Assembly: GCA_963737635.1 (NCBI GenBank)
Contig: CAVTTL010000001.1
Location: 800,001-864,000 of the forward strand
DNA from: an uncultured Methanoregulaceae archaeon
Lineage (GTDB): Archaea; Halobacteriota; Methanomicrobia; Methanomicrobiales; Methanospirillaceae
Length of the DNA: 64,000 nt
Direction of reading: 5' to 3'
Within the stretch, counting starts at the first letter, position 1. Each line of letters begins with the position of its first letter. The position numbers and the translations under genes were made by a program. The notes beneath the pieces were generated by a model. The model was not told where the DNA came from, searched no databases, and saw only the letters and a list, made by a program, of their open reading frames with translations. This document shows, in pieces, positions 50,706-60,924 of this stretch.

Positions 50706-52055
50706 ATGAAAACCATTATCCTTCCCGGCGGCGTAGGAACACGGCTGTGGCCCCTATCCCGCGAATACTTTCCTAAACAGTTTATCCCGATGGACGGGAA
50801 ATCCCTGTTTCAAAAGACCTGCGAAAGGGCGAGAAAATTCTCCCGGGAGGACGAAATATGGGTGGTGACAAATGAGATCCACCAATACCTTGTCCGCAAC
50901 CAGATAGAGGAGCTAAGATTTGCGTTACCTGATGGCCATATACTGGCAGAGCCTAATCAAAAAAATACCCTGCCTGCTATTACTTGGGCGATGCGGCAGA
51001 TCAAAGAGGAAGACAGCCACGCCACCGTTGTGGTATTCCCAAGCGATCACCTGCTAGGTGATCTTGCAACCAATCAGATCAAGACCGCGGAGCCTCTCTC
51101 GAAAAAATACCTTGTCACATTCGGGGTCAAACCAACATCGCCTCATACCGGGTATGGGTATATAAAACCGGGAAAAACCCTCACCATAGGTTTTGTAGTC
51201 GATCAGTTCAAAGAAAAACCCGATGAAAAGACCGCTGCGGAATATGTGAATAAAGGGTATCTTTGGAACAGCGGGATCTTTCTCCTTTCCGTCCCTGTAT
51301 TTTTTGGAGAACTAAAAAAATACCAGCCACGCCTTGCTGCCTCATTTGACGGGAGTGAAATGCCGGATTACGGGAAACTGGACTCCATTTCAATTGATTA
51401 CGGCCTGCTCGAACCGTCAAAAAAGGTTGCCGTAGTGCCGCTTGAAACTGAGTGGAACGATCTGGGGACGTTTGCAGCATTATACGAGGTCGGCCCACAC
51501 GACAGCGATGGAAACGTCGGTACGGCTGAATACCTGTCAGCAAGGGAAAATTACGTGCATGCGCCGGGTAAGCATGTAGGCCTTATCGGCGTGGACAACC
51601 TCGTTATAGTAGACACGGCGGACGCGCTTCTTGTCTGCGATAACCGGCACACGGAGCAAGTCAAGGATCTAGTCCACCGGTTTAAGGAGAGAGACGACCC
51701 GGTTACCCGGTTCCACCGACAGGTTCACCGTCCCTGGGGGTCCTATACCGTGCTCGAGGATGCAGAAGGTCACAAGATTAAACGTGTCACGGTAAAACCA
51801 GGGCAAAAGCTTTCCCTCCAGCTCCATCACCACCGGAGCGAGCATTGGGTGGTCGTCAGTGGAACTGCAGAAGTGCAACTCGATGGCGAGACAAAACTAC
51901 TCAGGCAGGGAGAGAGCACATTTGTCCGGAGTGGCATCCAGCACCGGCTCAAAAATCCCGGCGTAATTCCCCTCGAAGTAATCGAGGTGCAGCTGGGTGA
52001 GTATCTCGAGGAGGACGACATCGTCAGGTATGAAGATGATTACGGCAGGAAATAA
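50706..52055 (+). CDS. manC: mannose-1-phosphate guanylyltransferase / mannose-6-phosphate isomerase
   Basis: 'GGVGTRLWPLSR..PKQF', 'FKEKP', 'WNSGIF', cupin 'RPWG', 'SLQLHHHRSEHW'. Confidence 0.93.
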   Translation: MKTIILPGGVGTRLWPLSREYFPKQFIPMDGKSLFQKTCERARKFSREDEIWVVTNEIHQYLVRNQIEELRFALPDGHILAEPNQKNTLPAITWAMRQIKEEDSHATVVVFPSDHLLGDLATNQIKTAEPLSKKYLVTFGVKPTSPHTGYGYIKPGKTLTIGFVVDQFKEKPDEKTAAEYVNKGYLWNSGIFLLSVPVFFGELKKYQPRLAASFDGSEMPDYGKLDSISIDYGLLEPSKKVAVVPLETEWNDLGTFAALYEVGPHDSDGNVGTAEYLSARENYVHAPGKHVGLIGVDNLVIVDTADALLVCDNRHTEQVKDLVHRFKERDDPVTRFHRQVHRPWGSYTVLEDAEGHKIKRVTVKPGQKLSLQLHHHRSEHWVVVSGTAEVQLDGETKLLRQGESTFVRSGIQHRLKNPGVIPLEVIEVQLGEYLEEDDIVRYEDDYGRK

Positions 52056-52154
52056 GGGATTTTTTTATTTTTGTGGCAGGTTTTAATAATTGTTTTAGAG
52101 CGGCATCCTGTCGTCAATGCTTATTTCCGCGGTTTGGCTGACACTTATTTGAAC

Positions 52155-53963
52155 CTACTTCCGAGATATTTTTCCTGAAACAAGGCACGTTTTTCCGTCC
52201 CCGATCAGGTCGTCCCTCCCCGCCATGTGAAGTCCTTCAAGGACAAGGTTCCGGTTCTGCGGTTCTCTGTACTGCATGAGGGCCCGCTGGATCTTCTTCT
52301 CCCTCCCCTTTGGCACATGCACCGGTTCCAAAGTAAACGGGTTAAGGCCCGTATAGTACATACAGGTAGAGACACTCATCGGTGTTGGCGTGAAATCCTG
52401 GACCTGTTCGGTATATAGCTGGTGATCGCGGATATACTCGGCAAGCTCGACCATGTCTTTTATTGTACAACCCGGGTGACCGGACATAAAATAGGGAACC
52501 AGGTACTGACGTTTGGGTTTTCCTTTCTGGAGCGATGTGAACCGGTCAAGGAAACGATCAAACACCGAACCGTCCGGTTTGTTCATTGCAGCAGTGACTC
52601 GGGGTGAGATATGCTCCGGGGCAACCTTGAGATGACCCGAGACATTGCAATCACAGAAATCTTCCAGATACCGGGAACCATGATCGTCAGCAAGAATAAG
52701 ATCGTACCGGATACCGGAGCTGACAAACACTTTTTTGACACCCGGCACTTCACTGACTTTTTTGAGAAGCTCTCCAAATTGCTGGTGACTGGTCCGGAGG
52801 TTTTTACAGGCAGGTGAGCAGGACTTGTCCGTGCATGCACCAGAAGTCTGCCACTGATCGCACCCCATTGCATACATATTAGCGGTCGGGCCACCCACGT
52901 CCTGAACGACACCCCTGAATTCCGGCATCGCAGCCATCCGGGTCACCTCGCGGATAACGGATTCGATGCTCCTGCTTTGTATGATCCGTCCCTGGTGATG
53001 AGTGAGGGCGCAAAATGAACAGCTCCCGAAACAGCCCCGGTGGCTTACGATTGAGAACTGTACCGGAAGAAGCGCGGGGACCGACTCGCGGTACGACGGG
53101 TGTGCCCGGCGTGTAAACGGCAGTTCGTATATGCGGTCGAGTTCGGCAGGAGAGAGAGGTCGAGCCGGGGGGTTCTGGACGATCACCGTTTTGGGGTGAG
53201 GCTGAGCGACTGCTCGCCCATGCACCGGGTCCTGCTCCCGGTAGTGGATGGCAAATGCCCGGGCGTACGCTTTTTTATCTGATGTGACCTCGGAAAATCC
53301 CGGAATTTCAATAATACACTCCGGCCGGGCAGTACGCCATTCTGCCACCTCCATAGTATACGCTGTTCCACAGATATTCCGCAGCGATCGTGGCGATTCT
53401 CCTTCATTTAGCCGCCGGGCGATCTCGATCATCTGCCTTTCCGCCATGCCATAGGCAAGAAGCGTGGCAGGTGCGTCAGCCAGGATGGACTGGCGTACGC
53501 GATCCTGCCAGTAATCGTAATGCGCGAACCTGCGCAGGCTCGCCTCGATTCCCCCGATTACGATGGGCACACCAGGATACCCACTGTGGATACGGTTTGT
53601 GTATACGATGGTCGCCCGATCCGGACGCCTGGAGACGCCACCGGTTGAATACACATCTGAACTCCGGCGTTTCAGGTTGGGGGTGAAATTATTGACCATC
53701 GAGTCGACATTACCTGAAGATATACCAAAAAAGAGCCGGGGTCTTCCAAGGACCGTAAAGTCCTGGTCAGTCCTTATATCCGGCTGGGCAATAATACCGA
53801 CAGAAAATCCCGCATCCCAGAGGACCCGACCTATGAGTGCCGTGCCAAACGACGGATGGTCAACATAAGCATCCCCGGTTACGAGGATTATATCGAACTG
53901 ATCGATACCAAGGGTCTTTCCCTCTCTGAGAGAGAGAGGAAGAAACGGCGGTTGTGGTCTCAT
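52155..53963 (-). CDS. ygiQ: YgiQ (UPF0313) family radical SAM protein
   Basis: 'VTGDAYVDHPSFG', 'GGIEASLRRFAHYDYW', 'HRGCFGSCSFC', 'QVQDFTPTP'. Confidence 0.92.
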   Translation of the reverse strand: MRPQPPFLPLSLREGKTLGIDQFDIILVTGDAYVDHPSFGTALIGRVLWDAGFSVGIIAQPDIRTDQDFTVLGRPRLFFGISSGNVDSMVNNFTPNLKRRSSDVYSTGGVSRRPDRATIVYTNRIHSGYPGVPIVIGGIEASLRRFAHYDYWQDRVRQSILADAPATLLAYGMAERQMIEIARRLNEGESPRSLRNICGTAYTMEVAEWRTARPECIIEIPGFSEVTSDKKAYARAFAIHYREQDPVHGRAVAQPHPKTVIVQNPPARPLSPAELDRIYELPFTRRAHPSYRESVPALLPVQFSIVSHRGCFGSCSFCALTHHQGRIIQSRSIESVIREVTRMAAMPEFRGVVQDVGGPTANMYAMGCDQWQTSGACTDKSCSPACKNLRTSHQQFGELLKKVSEVPGVKKVFVSSGIRYDLILADDHGSRYLEDFCDCNVSGHLKVAPEHISPRVTAAMNKPDGSVFDRFLDRFTSLQKGKPKRQYLVPYFMSGHPGCTIKDMVELAEYIRDHQLYTEQVQDFTPTPMSVSTCMYYTGLNPFTLEPVHVPKGREKKIQRALMQYREPQNRNLVLEGLHMAGRDDLIGDGKTCLVSGKISRK

Positions 53964-53983
53964 ACAACGAGTATTTATCCGGA

Positions 53984-54579
53984 TCAGGACCGCGGGCGCC
54001 GGGTAAGATCGCGAATAATTTCAGCTAAGCCCCCGGGCACATCCTCTTCTTCCTTGTTTTCACGCTCACTTTGCGGCGCAGAACCTTCTGGTATTACGCC
54101 GGTCCCGGGATTTGCGGGAGTTTTTTGTTCCGGCTTATCAGCTCTTTTGTGTACTGGAAGGGAGACCCCTGCCTTTTCATCAAACTTGCGGTGAACGTTA
54201 AGACCGGCAAATTCAAAAACCACAACTTCGGCAACGATATACGTAATCGCCTTTTCGCGGAGGCACCCCGTCAGTGCGTGACCTGCCCGACCAACCGAGG
54301 CGTGGTAGTGAATCGCAGGGCCATCATCACCTTGGCAGATAGTACCGATCCCTACCATCTCCCAGCCCCCTTCAAACATAATATAATGTGGTTCCGGCGG
54401 AATCGTAGGTTCCTCAGGACCGGTTACCATCCGTCCCTGCCTGAGTGCGCCAAGAAAGAGAAGGGTGCCGGTTTGGACAGATTTATTTCGAATAAACTCG
54501 TTTGTGACGGCCAAAAAATCTTCGCCATCATCAATCTTAAGAATAAATACCCGGCCGAGCGGCCTTCCGAATAGTCCAT
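53984..54579 (-). CDS. PPC/DUF296 domain protein (apparent frameshift near 54560)
   Basis: 'MDYSEG...RVFILKIDDGED', 'GAL', 'IHYHASVG...ALTGCL'. Confidence 0.8.
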
Positions 54580-54668
54580 ACTCGCGCTCTTTTATTTATC
54601 TAGGTATTCATTGAATTGACGTGAATTTATATCTCTTTTCCTCTCTTTTTATGAAAGAAGAAACTTTT

Positions 54669-55677
54669 GGCTCTGTAGAAATCCTCAATAATAGATTGGG
54701 ATAAAGATCGCGAGAATAAATTTCGAGATGTTGTAGAGGATCAATTTGATTTTGAGTTCTTTGATTTGTGCTTGGAATTTCCGAGCTTTTAGGGATTCCC
54801 CGAATTTTCTTTTCAAAACGGAGAATACGGTTTCGACCTTGTTTCTTTGATGGTACTGGGCTTGATCGAAGGACCCTGCGAGTTCTCGTCGATAGAATCC
54901 GGAGATTCGTTTCCGTTTTCTGGTTCTGACCGGGATAGGAGAATAAGATTTTAGGTCATCCCGGATCGAGCGGTGAATATCTTCCGAATCGTATCCTTTG
55001 TCGAGAACATAGATGTCAGACTTCCTCGTGCGGTGACATTGGACAAGGAGTTTTTCTGCCTGAGGAATGTCGTGGACCGGTTGCTGAGAGATCTTGAACC
55101 CGGTGACGATCTGCCGATCGGTATCGACGGAGATCGAGGTATTCAGGAATCGTTTTCGTGTTTTCCCGGTTCTCCAGGAATAATAGGAACTGGCGTAGGA
55201 GCTGGTAAAACCCGACGAATCAATCGCCGTGCACGTGATTTTCTCACCCCAATCGTAGAATAATTTTATGAGCCGGTTGAGTAACCGGGTGAACGTCGAA
55301 GATCGGATCCGCTGACAGAATTTATGGATCGTCGTGAAATGGGGTACTGTATCGAGATGGATTTTGTCCCGAAGAGAGTTCATGACCGCGGTAAGCTCTA
55401 CTGCAGACCGGTAATCTTTTGATAAGTATTCCTTCAGGAGAAGGAGACTGAGTAACTGGTGCTGAGTATAAGTCTTTTTGGAATATTTCGACGAGTAAAG
55501 GGGAATTATGGAATCTCGGATCAAGCCGGACGATAATTCAACAAACCTGATATACCGGTTTGCTGACATTATTGTGCCTCCTTCTTCGTTAGTAGCATAA
55601 CAAAGTAGGGGGGCACTGTACCTTAAATCTTTCGGTTGACGGTACAACCTATTTTAGAGAAGGATTTCTACAGAGCC
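54669..55677 (-). mobile_element. intact IS5-family insertion sequence (1009 bp)
   Basis: Perfect 17-bp terminal inverted repeats GGCTCTGTAGAAATCCT (54669-54685) / AGGATTTCTACAGAGCC (55661-55677); 8-bp target duplication AAACTTTT (54661-54668 and 55678-55685). Confidence 0.95.
54685..55569 (-). CDS. IS5-family DDE transposase
   Basis: RBS GAAGGAGG before MSANRY; 'AIDSSG', 'VLDKGYDSE', '[19 protein letters not shown]'. Confidence 0.93.
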   Translation of the reverse strand: MSANRYIRFVELSSGLIRDSIIPLYSSKYSKKTYTQHQLLSLLLLKEYLSKDYRSAVELTAVMNSLRDKIHLDTVPHFTTIHKFCQRIRSSTFTRLLNRLIKLFYDWGEKITCTAIDSSGFTSSYASSYYSWRTGKTRKRFLNTSISVDTDRQIVTGFKISQQPVHDIPQAEKLLVQCHRTRKSDIYVLDKGYDSEDIHRSIRDDLKSYSPIPVRTRKRKRISGFYRRELAGSFDQAQYHQRNKVETVFSVLKRKFGESLKARKFQAQIKELKIKLILYNISKFILAIFIPIYY

Positions 55678-55945
55678 AAACTTTTTCTTCATCTTACAGC
55701 GTGGCTGAAGGAGAAATTTCCGTGCTGAGACCAATGATCTATTTCGGATGTTCCAAAAAGGGTGGACGATCCGATCGAGATAAACCGGAAGAGCCTGTTC
55801 CTGTCGTCACCACATCTTCGGAGATAACAATGGCATCCACCCTCTCCGGTCAGAACTCCTTTTTTAGCTTTCCTTTCCATTTTTACATTATTCACAGTTA
55901 ACAATGTGTTATTTCAAAAAAAATCTAGTGCTGTCTGGAACTTTT

Positions 55946-56358
55946 GGGTTTTGCACCTAAACTATGTTCTGACGGTAGTAATCTATGAGATATATGAGAA
56001 TGGCGTCTCACCGGACTTCCTAAGCAAACCTACGATAAATGGAATGGCAACAAAATAATTTTTATAGATCTGTTCTTATCATGGAAATAGAAAGAATTTT
56101 GCAATCTCCGAGATAATTTCATTTGAATAGAACTTTACTGCAACAATCACTGTTGCGTAAGCAAGAAGGCACATTGCCAAAAAAATCCCTCGAAAGAATA
56201 CGAATAACAATATGAGAAAAACGATTAAAATTAAAAGTGTTTTCGTGCGGCTATTCATTGAAGTTCAGATGATAATTTTCTCCGAGTTGCCATCAATCTA
56301 TCCTAATGTTGTATTCTGCACTTAATGTATAGTCAAAGGCGACTTTAGGTGCAAAGCT
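55946..56358. mobile_element. non-autonomous IR-flanked cassette (about 413 bp) with a passenger ORF
   Basis: Perfect 12-bp inverted core TTTGCACCTAAA (55950-55961) / TTTAGGTGCAAA (56344-56355); flanking direct repeat GAACTTTT (55938-55945 and 56359-56366). Confidence 0.7.
56079..56258 (-). CDS. 59-aa hydrophobic small membrane protein inside the cassette (below the ORF-track cutoff)
   Basis: MNSRTKTLLILIVFLILLFVFFRGIFLAMCLLAYATVIVAVKFYSNEIISEIAKFFLFP. Confidence 0.45.
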   Translation of the reverse strand: MNSRTKTLLILIVFLILLFVFFRGIFLAMCLLAYATVIVAVKFYSNEIISEIAKFFLFP

Positions 56359-56453
56359 GAACTTTTGCAAACCTTTAAGATTTGCTGCATCGCGACGAAA
56401 ATAGGGATTTTCAGAGTCTGTCTAAGCCACAAAAAATGATGTCAATATGAATA

Positions 56454-57023
56454 CTAAAACTCGATTTTCGGAGGAGTCTTGATCTCTTCTTCGAACTGGA
56501 GGTATTCAAGTTTTGACAGGTGGGTCATGTGGCCGACGAATTTTGAAGGAATTGTATCCATCATCGTATTGAATTCCTGAGATATATTGTTGTACGTGTA
56601 TCTCTGGCGGGCTATCTCATCCTCAAGACTTTTTACCGAGTCCATGAGCGAGGTGACGGTCTGTGAGGTCTTTAATTCCGGGTAGTTTTCAGCAACGGCA
56701 AGGAGGCGGCCGAAGATAGACCGCGACTCTGCTTCGACTTTGTTTAAGTCCCCCGGCCCGGCGGTTGCGACACTTGCCCGCATTGCGGTGACCTTGGTCA
56801 ACGTCTCCTGCTCAAACTTTGCGTAGCTCTTTACCGCTCCGAGCAGCTGGTCGATCATGTCCAGACGCTTCTTCATAGCAACCCGGATCTGACCAAGAGT
56901 CGCTTCTGAAGAGTTTTTCAGGGAATAGAAGCGATTGTAGATTCCAATGACCCAGAAGACGAGGACAATGATGACGACTGCGATGACAGCAAGAACGATC
57001 CAGCCAACGAAATCTCCAAGCAT
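56454..57023 (-). CDS. lemA: LemA family protein
   Basis: N-terminal TM, 'YN....L.N', 'AVAENYPELK', 'EDEIARQRYTYN', 'PS.FV'. Confidence 0.92.
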   Translation of the reverse strand: MLGDFVGWIVLAVIAVVIIVLVFWVIGIYNRFYSLKNSSEATLGQIRVAMKKRLDMIDQLLGAVKSYAKFEQETLTKVTAMRASVATAGPGDLNKVEAESRSIFGRLLAVAENYPELKTSQTVTSLMDSVKSLEDEIARQRYTYNNISQEFNTMMDTIPSKFVGHMTHLSKLEYLQFEEEIKTPPKIEF

Positions 57024-57118
57024 GTGTTATCAGTACACTGATGCATTCGGTACCACATAATACGTGGGGTAAGCCGACAACACAGACGGCAAAGGAAAGA
57101 TCAAAACTATCGGCGGCG

Positions 57119-58090
57119 TCATTGGAGGGTCATGGTTCCCACGACTCTGAGTTTGCCGCCTTCAAGGTAATGCAGCACCAGCCGGGCACCAGGAGGGTAA
57201 ACAAGCTCCTTTTCGAGGGTAACGGTGAGTTCAGGCATTCTCCAGTCCCCTTGCGCCGATACATGAGTGAGGCGGGAGGGTAAAAACTGCATCCAGTGGC
57301 CGAGGTAAATTACCATGTCTTCTTTTAAGGGGGACGGCCAGTATTTTACCAGCTGTGCTTTTCCCGTGAGAGTCGTCGAACATTTAATCGCTGGATCGTT
57401 AGTAAGGACATAGCCGCGGTCGAGGTCTTCGGTTTCGACCCCCTTGAGGGCCAGACCGACCCGGTCGCCGGTAACCGCGATTTCAGCATCATCCTCGTGT
57501 TTCTGGATGGAGCGTACCTGGGCGGTTTTTGCAGTCGGTAGCAGCTTCAGAGAATCGTGTTTTCTGATAATACCATGAGCAACACACCCCAGAATAACGA
57601 CGCCAACTCCCTTGACATTAAAATGATGATCGATAGGGACAGATCCCATGCCGCTCCCCTCCTTTACTTTCTGGTGGGCCGAAATTTTCACTGCCGCCTC
57701 AAGCAGCTTCTCCCGTAAGCCGATCGGATCACTTTCAATGACCTCGTAGTGTTCGAGGACCGTGCCTTTGATGAGCGGGGCAATCTGGTCCAGCGTCAGG
57801 TAATTCCTGAAGATGATATACCCGTTCGCTTTTCCGGCACATTGAAGCATGAGGACGGTCTCTCCGAATGCTGCCGTGATTTCATCGACAACCAAAACCA
57901 CGCGATCGGCCAGAGAGATCGCGTAGAAGAGCGATGATAATTTTTCAGGATATCGCGTGGGTTCTATGAAGGTAACTGTTGATTCGCCTTTCTTGAGGTT
58001 GTAAAAGGTGATATCGCTTGTCGTTCCCTTCTTTCCCAATTCGTCCGCATAGCCGTTTGGGGCCAAAACAGCGACGGTAATATTGGACAT
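57119..58090 (-). CDS. archaeal SelB-like translation-factor homologue (aSelBL), degenerate GTPase domain
   Basis: 'LGKKGTTSDITFYN', 'YPEKLSSL', EF-Tu domain II 'IDHHFNVKGVGVVILG...RSIQKH...GDRVGLALKG'. Confidence 0.85.
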   Translation of the reverse strand: MSNITVAVLAPNGYADELGKKGTTSDITFYNLKKGESTVTFIEPTRYPEKLSSLFYAISLADRVVLVVDEITAAFGETVLMLQCAGKANGYIIFRNYLTLDQIAPLIKGTVLEHYEVIESDPIGLREKLLEAAVKISAHQKVKEGSGMGSVPIDHHFNVKGVGVVILGCVAHGIIRKHDSLKLLPTAKTAQVRSIQKHEDDAEIAVTGDRVGLALKGVETEDLDRGYVLTNDPAIKCSTTLTGKAQLVKYWPSPLKEDMVIYLGHWMQFLPSRLTHVSAQGDWRMPELTVTLEKELVYPPGARLVLHYLEGGKLRVVGTMTLQ

Positions 58091-58208
58091 GGTAATATGT
58101 ACTTCGCGTTATGACGGTATTAGAGTTTAGGTACGGGAAAAACCGGGATTGTCCGGCGTAAGGGAGTTTGTCTGGTTATCCTTAAAGCAGGCACGAATCC
58201 GGAATTTT

Positions 58209-59612
58209 TTAAGTTTTCTTCACCCACTTCTCCCGCACATGATCAACAAGCATCCGTAGGTGGGATCCGGTTGGTCTGACCGCCAGATACATGAGAATGA
58301 GATATCCTACTATATCCAGGGTAAAAAGTGCCAGGGCAAGGTACCATCCGAAAGTGCCGGCATTACTGATATAATTTCCATTGACATACAGGCCCCCGAA
58401 TACTAAGGGATATTCAATATAGGTAATTGCCTGCGTCACGTAAAAGAGAATAATTCCGTACAGGGAATCTGCCACAAGGAGGCAGACAAAGGGGGTAAAC
58501 CAGACGATATACTGAGGGCTGTGGTACTCCATGCAAAAAACCACAATAAAGATCGATGCCGCCAGAAGTTTTATCAGAAAACGTATATCCTTTTTTGGTT
58601 CGATATAAGCGATAATGAGCAGGAAGAGCAGCAAAAGCCCCATGAGCACATACATCAGAGTAGAGACCGCCGTAACGGAAATCCCCAGATTCAGAATGTC
58701 ATGAAGGTAGACATAGAGCGTATACGTTGCGGTATTCACATAGACATCGGACCGGATAAGATTCCCGGAAAAATAGGAGAGTAAGACGTCTGGTTTTAAG
58801 ATCAGAACCGGAACAAGGAGAATAACTGCTATCGGCAACCCGATTTTTAAGATGCTTACGATCTCCTGTCTGAGCGATGTCGACTTTGCATTATAGAGGG
58901 CCAAAAACGGGAGTGCAATAACAGGAAAAATTTTTGCAAGAAAACCGGCAACAATGGCAATATATCCCCGTATACTTTTGTTATAGACGCTAAAGAGCAC
59001 TCCAAGCATCAGAATGCTCGTCGGAAATGCATCGTATTTTGTAACGACGAAATACCCAACTGAAAACGCAGTCGCATAGAGAAGGGCTGCAACAAATGCG
59101 GTCTTTTCATTATGAAGTTTCAACCCGATGAGGTAGATGCATACAACAGTGATGATATCGCATATCACCATCAGAACCTGAAAAGAGAACGTAAATGCAT
59201 CGCTACTATTGAATACGTATGCAGGAATGAAAGCTAAGAAAATGGGAATAAATACAAGAGGCGGATAATCAAAACTGAAGTCCGCATAGGGCATATGGCC
59301 CTGCATTATGTTGAGTGCACTTTGGAGATAATACTGGAAATCAAAAGAGTCATAGTAACTGGCATGAAAAGCGTCATTATACATACTAAAAATGGACATT
59401 GTTGCAACGATTATGACCAATTTTGCGACTATGGCAATAAGTACAAGAGTAAGAATGTGGCGTTTTACCAGTGCAGCATCAATGCCTTCGCATGAAATAC
59501 CGAAAATGGAGAATCCGGATCTTTTCTTTTTTCCTTTCATGCCTGATGAATTATCTGCCGTATTCTGGCCCGGAATCGGAATCTGATTTTTTTTCCTACT
59601 CATGATTCTCAC
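58209..59612 (-). CDS. GT-C fold membrane glycosyltransferase (GT87-like)
   Basis: About 11 TMs; 'DFQYY...PY.DF.FDYPPL', 'KIFPVI', 'SPQYIVW'. Confidence 0.8.
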   Translation of the reverse strand: MRIMSRKKNQIPIPGQNTADNSSGMKGKKKRSGFSIFGISCEGIDAALVKRHILTLVLIAIVAKLVIIVATMSIFSMYNDAFHASYYDSFDFQYYLQSALNIMQGHMPYADFSFDYPPLVFIPIFLAFIPAYVFNSSDAFTFSFQVLMVICDIITVVCIYLIGLKLHNEKTAFVAALLYATAFSVGYFVVTKYDAFPTSILMLGVLFSVYNKSIRGYIAIVAGFLAKIFPVIALPFLALYNAKSTSLRQEIVSILKIGLPIAVILLVPVLILKPDVLLSYFSGNLIRSDVYVNTATYTLYVYLHDILNLGISVTAVSTLMYVLMGLLLLFLLIIAYIEPKKDIRFLIKLLAASIFIVVFCMEYHSPQYIVWFTPFVCLLVADSLYGIILFYVTQAITYIEYPLVFGGLYVNGNYISNAGTFGWYLALALFTLDIVGYLILMYLAVRPTGSHLRMLVDHVREKWVKKT

Positions 59613-59782
59613 TCAACGATGGCTAATCGGTGCCGGAATGGAAAATATAATCGTGCGTCGGCTATTGTACTGATATTGTATTCCCCATAATAATAATTCG
59701 GCTCTTTAGTTAGTTAGAGTCATGATCGCAGTCAGACCAGGTAGCGCAACCAATATGGGAACGATGTAGAACAAGTGTCTTT

Positions 59783-60905
59783 TCACAATTTGTCTCTTGA
59801 TGAAATCGAATACGTCACCCGCCTGTTCACCAAGAAATTCCATGCAAATGCCACAAGGATTCCTAGAAGGTTTGCGATCCGGTAATCAACGCCGGCGAAT
59901 ATGGCAAGAGCGTTGAGAATGAAATAATTGATGGCTGCTCCGCCAATTGAGACGGCCTGGAAAGAGAAAAAGCGCTGCCACCAATGTGGGAGGGCGTGTT
60001 GCTTGCTCGTTTTAAATGTCCAGGAATCGTTCAAGATAAAATTGCTTATGATGGAGAGTTCAATTGCGGGGACAGGTGCAAACCACAAAGAGAGATTAAT
60101 GTATCCTTTGAGATAAATGAGGACACCCTCATTTACGATAATACCCGTAAGTCCAACAACGCCGAACTTAAAAAGTTTTACCCATTCCTGCCAGACGATA
60201 CTATCACGGTGGTTCCAGGAAAATCGTGCATTGTCGATTACCTGCCCAGCATATTCGAGGATTACCCGCCCTCCAAGCTTGCTTGAACCGGTTGCACGGT
60301 CAACGAACTCAAAGGGGATCTCCTTTACCTTGCGCCAAGTGCCCTTGCCTAACACTTCGAGCAGGATTTTGTAGCCACGTGGTCTGAGAGGGGCATGTTC
60401 CACAACACTTCTTTTTACTGCAAAAAAACCACTTACAGGATCGCGGATTTCCGGAAAGAGGAGCCTGCCAAGGAACGTTGCACCCATCGAAATAATGCGC
60501 CGTTTGAGCGGCCATTTTTTTATTCCACCGCCTTCCATATACCGGCATCCGATGACGATATCATTACCGGCGCGGACCCCATCCAGCATCACCGGGATAA
60601 GCGCCGGTGGATGGGAGAGATCGGCATCCATAACAAGGAAGATATCCGACTGGGCTTTGTGGAATCCTTCAACAACTGACTGGGATAACCCCGGATCCTC
60701 TTTTCTGACAACAAGACTGAGATTGGGATGTGTATTTTGTAATTCTCTGATAATTTCTATGGTCCTGTCAGGAGAATTATCATCTACAACGAGGATCTCC
60801 CCGTTGATCGCGTTCCGGGAAAAAATCGTGGCGACCTCCCCGATTATTGTACCTACATTAGACTCTTCCTTGAAAGTGGGAATAATTACGGTCAGGTCTG
60901 TACAT
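59783..60905 (-). CDS. dolichol-phosphate hexosyltransferase (GT2) with C-terminal GtrA-like domain; extra base right after the start codon
   Basis: 'DLTVIIPTFKE', 'VVDDNSPD', 'VMDADLSHPP', 'DPVSGFF', GtrA-like 'FKFGVVG...NFILNDSWTF'. Confidence 0.9.
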
Positions 60906-60924
60906 CAGGGAACACCGGTAAAAA

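Noticed and set aside
55689-55904. Short ORFs 55689..55904 (-) and 55701..55901 (+)
   Set aside because: No motifs, atypical starts, and located in an AT-rich insertion hotspot
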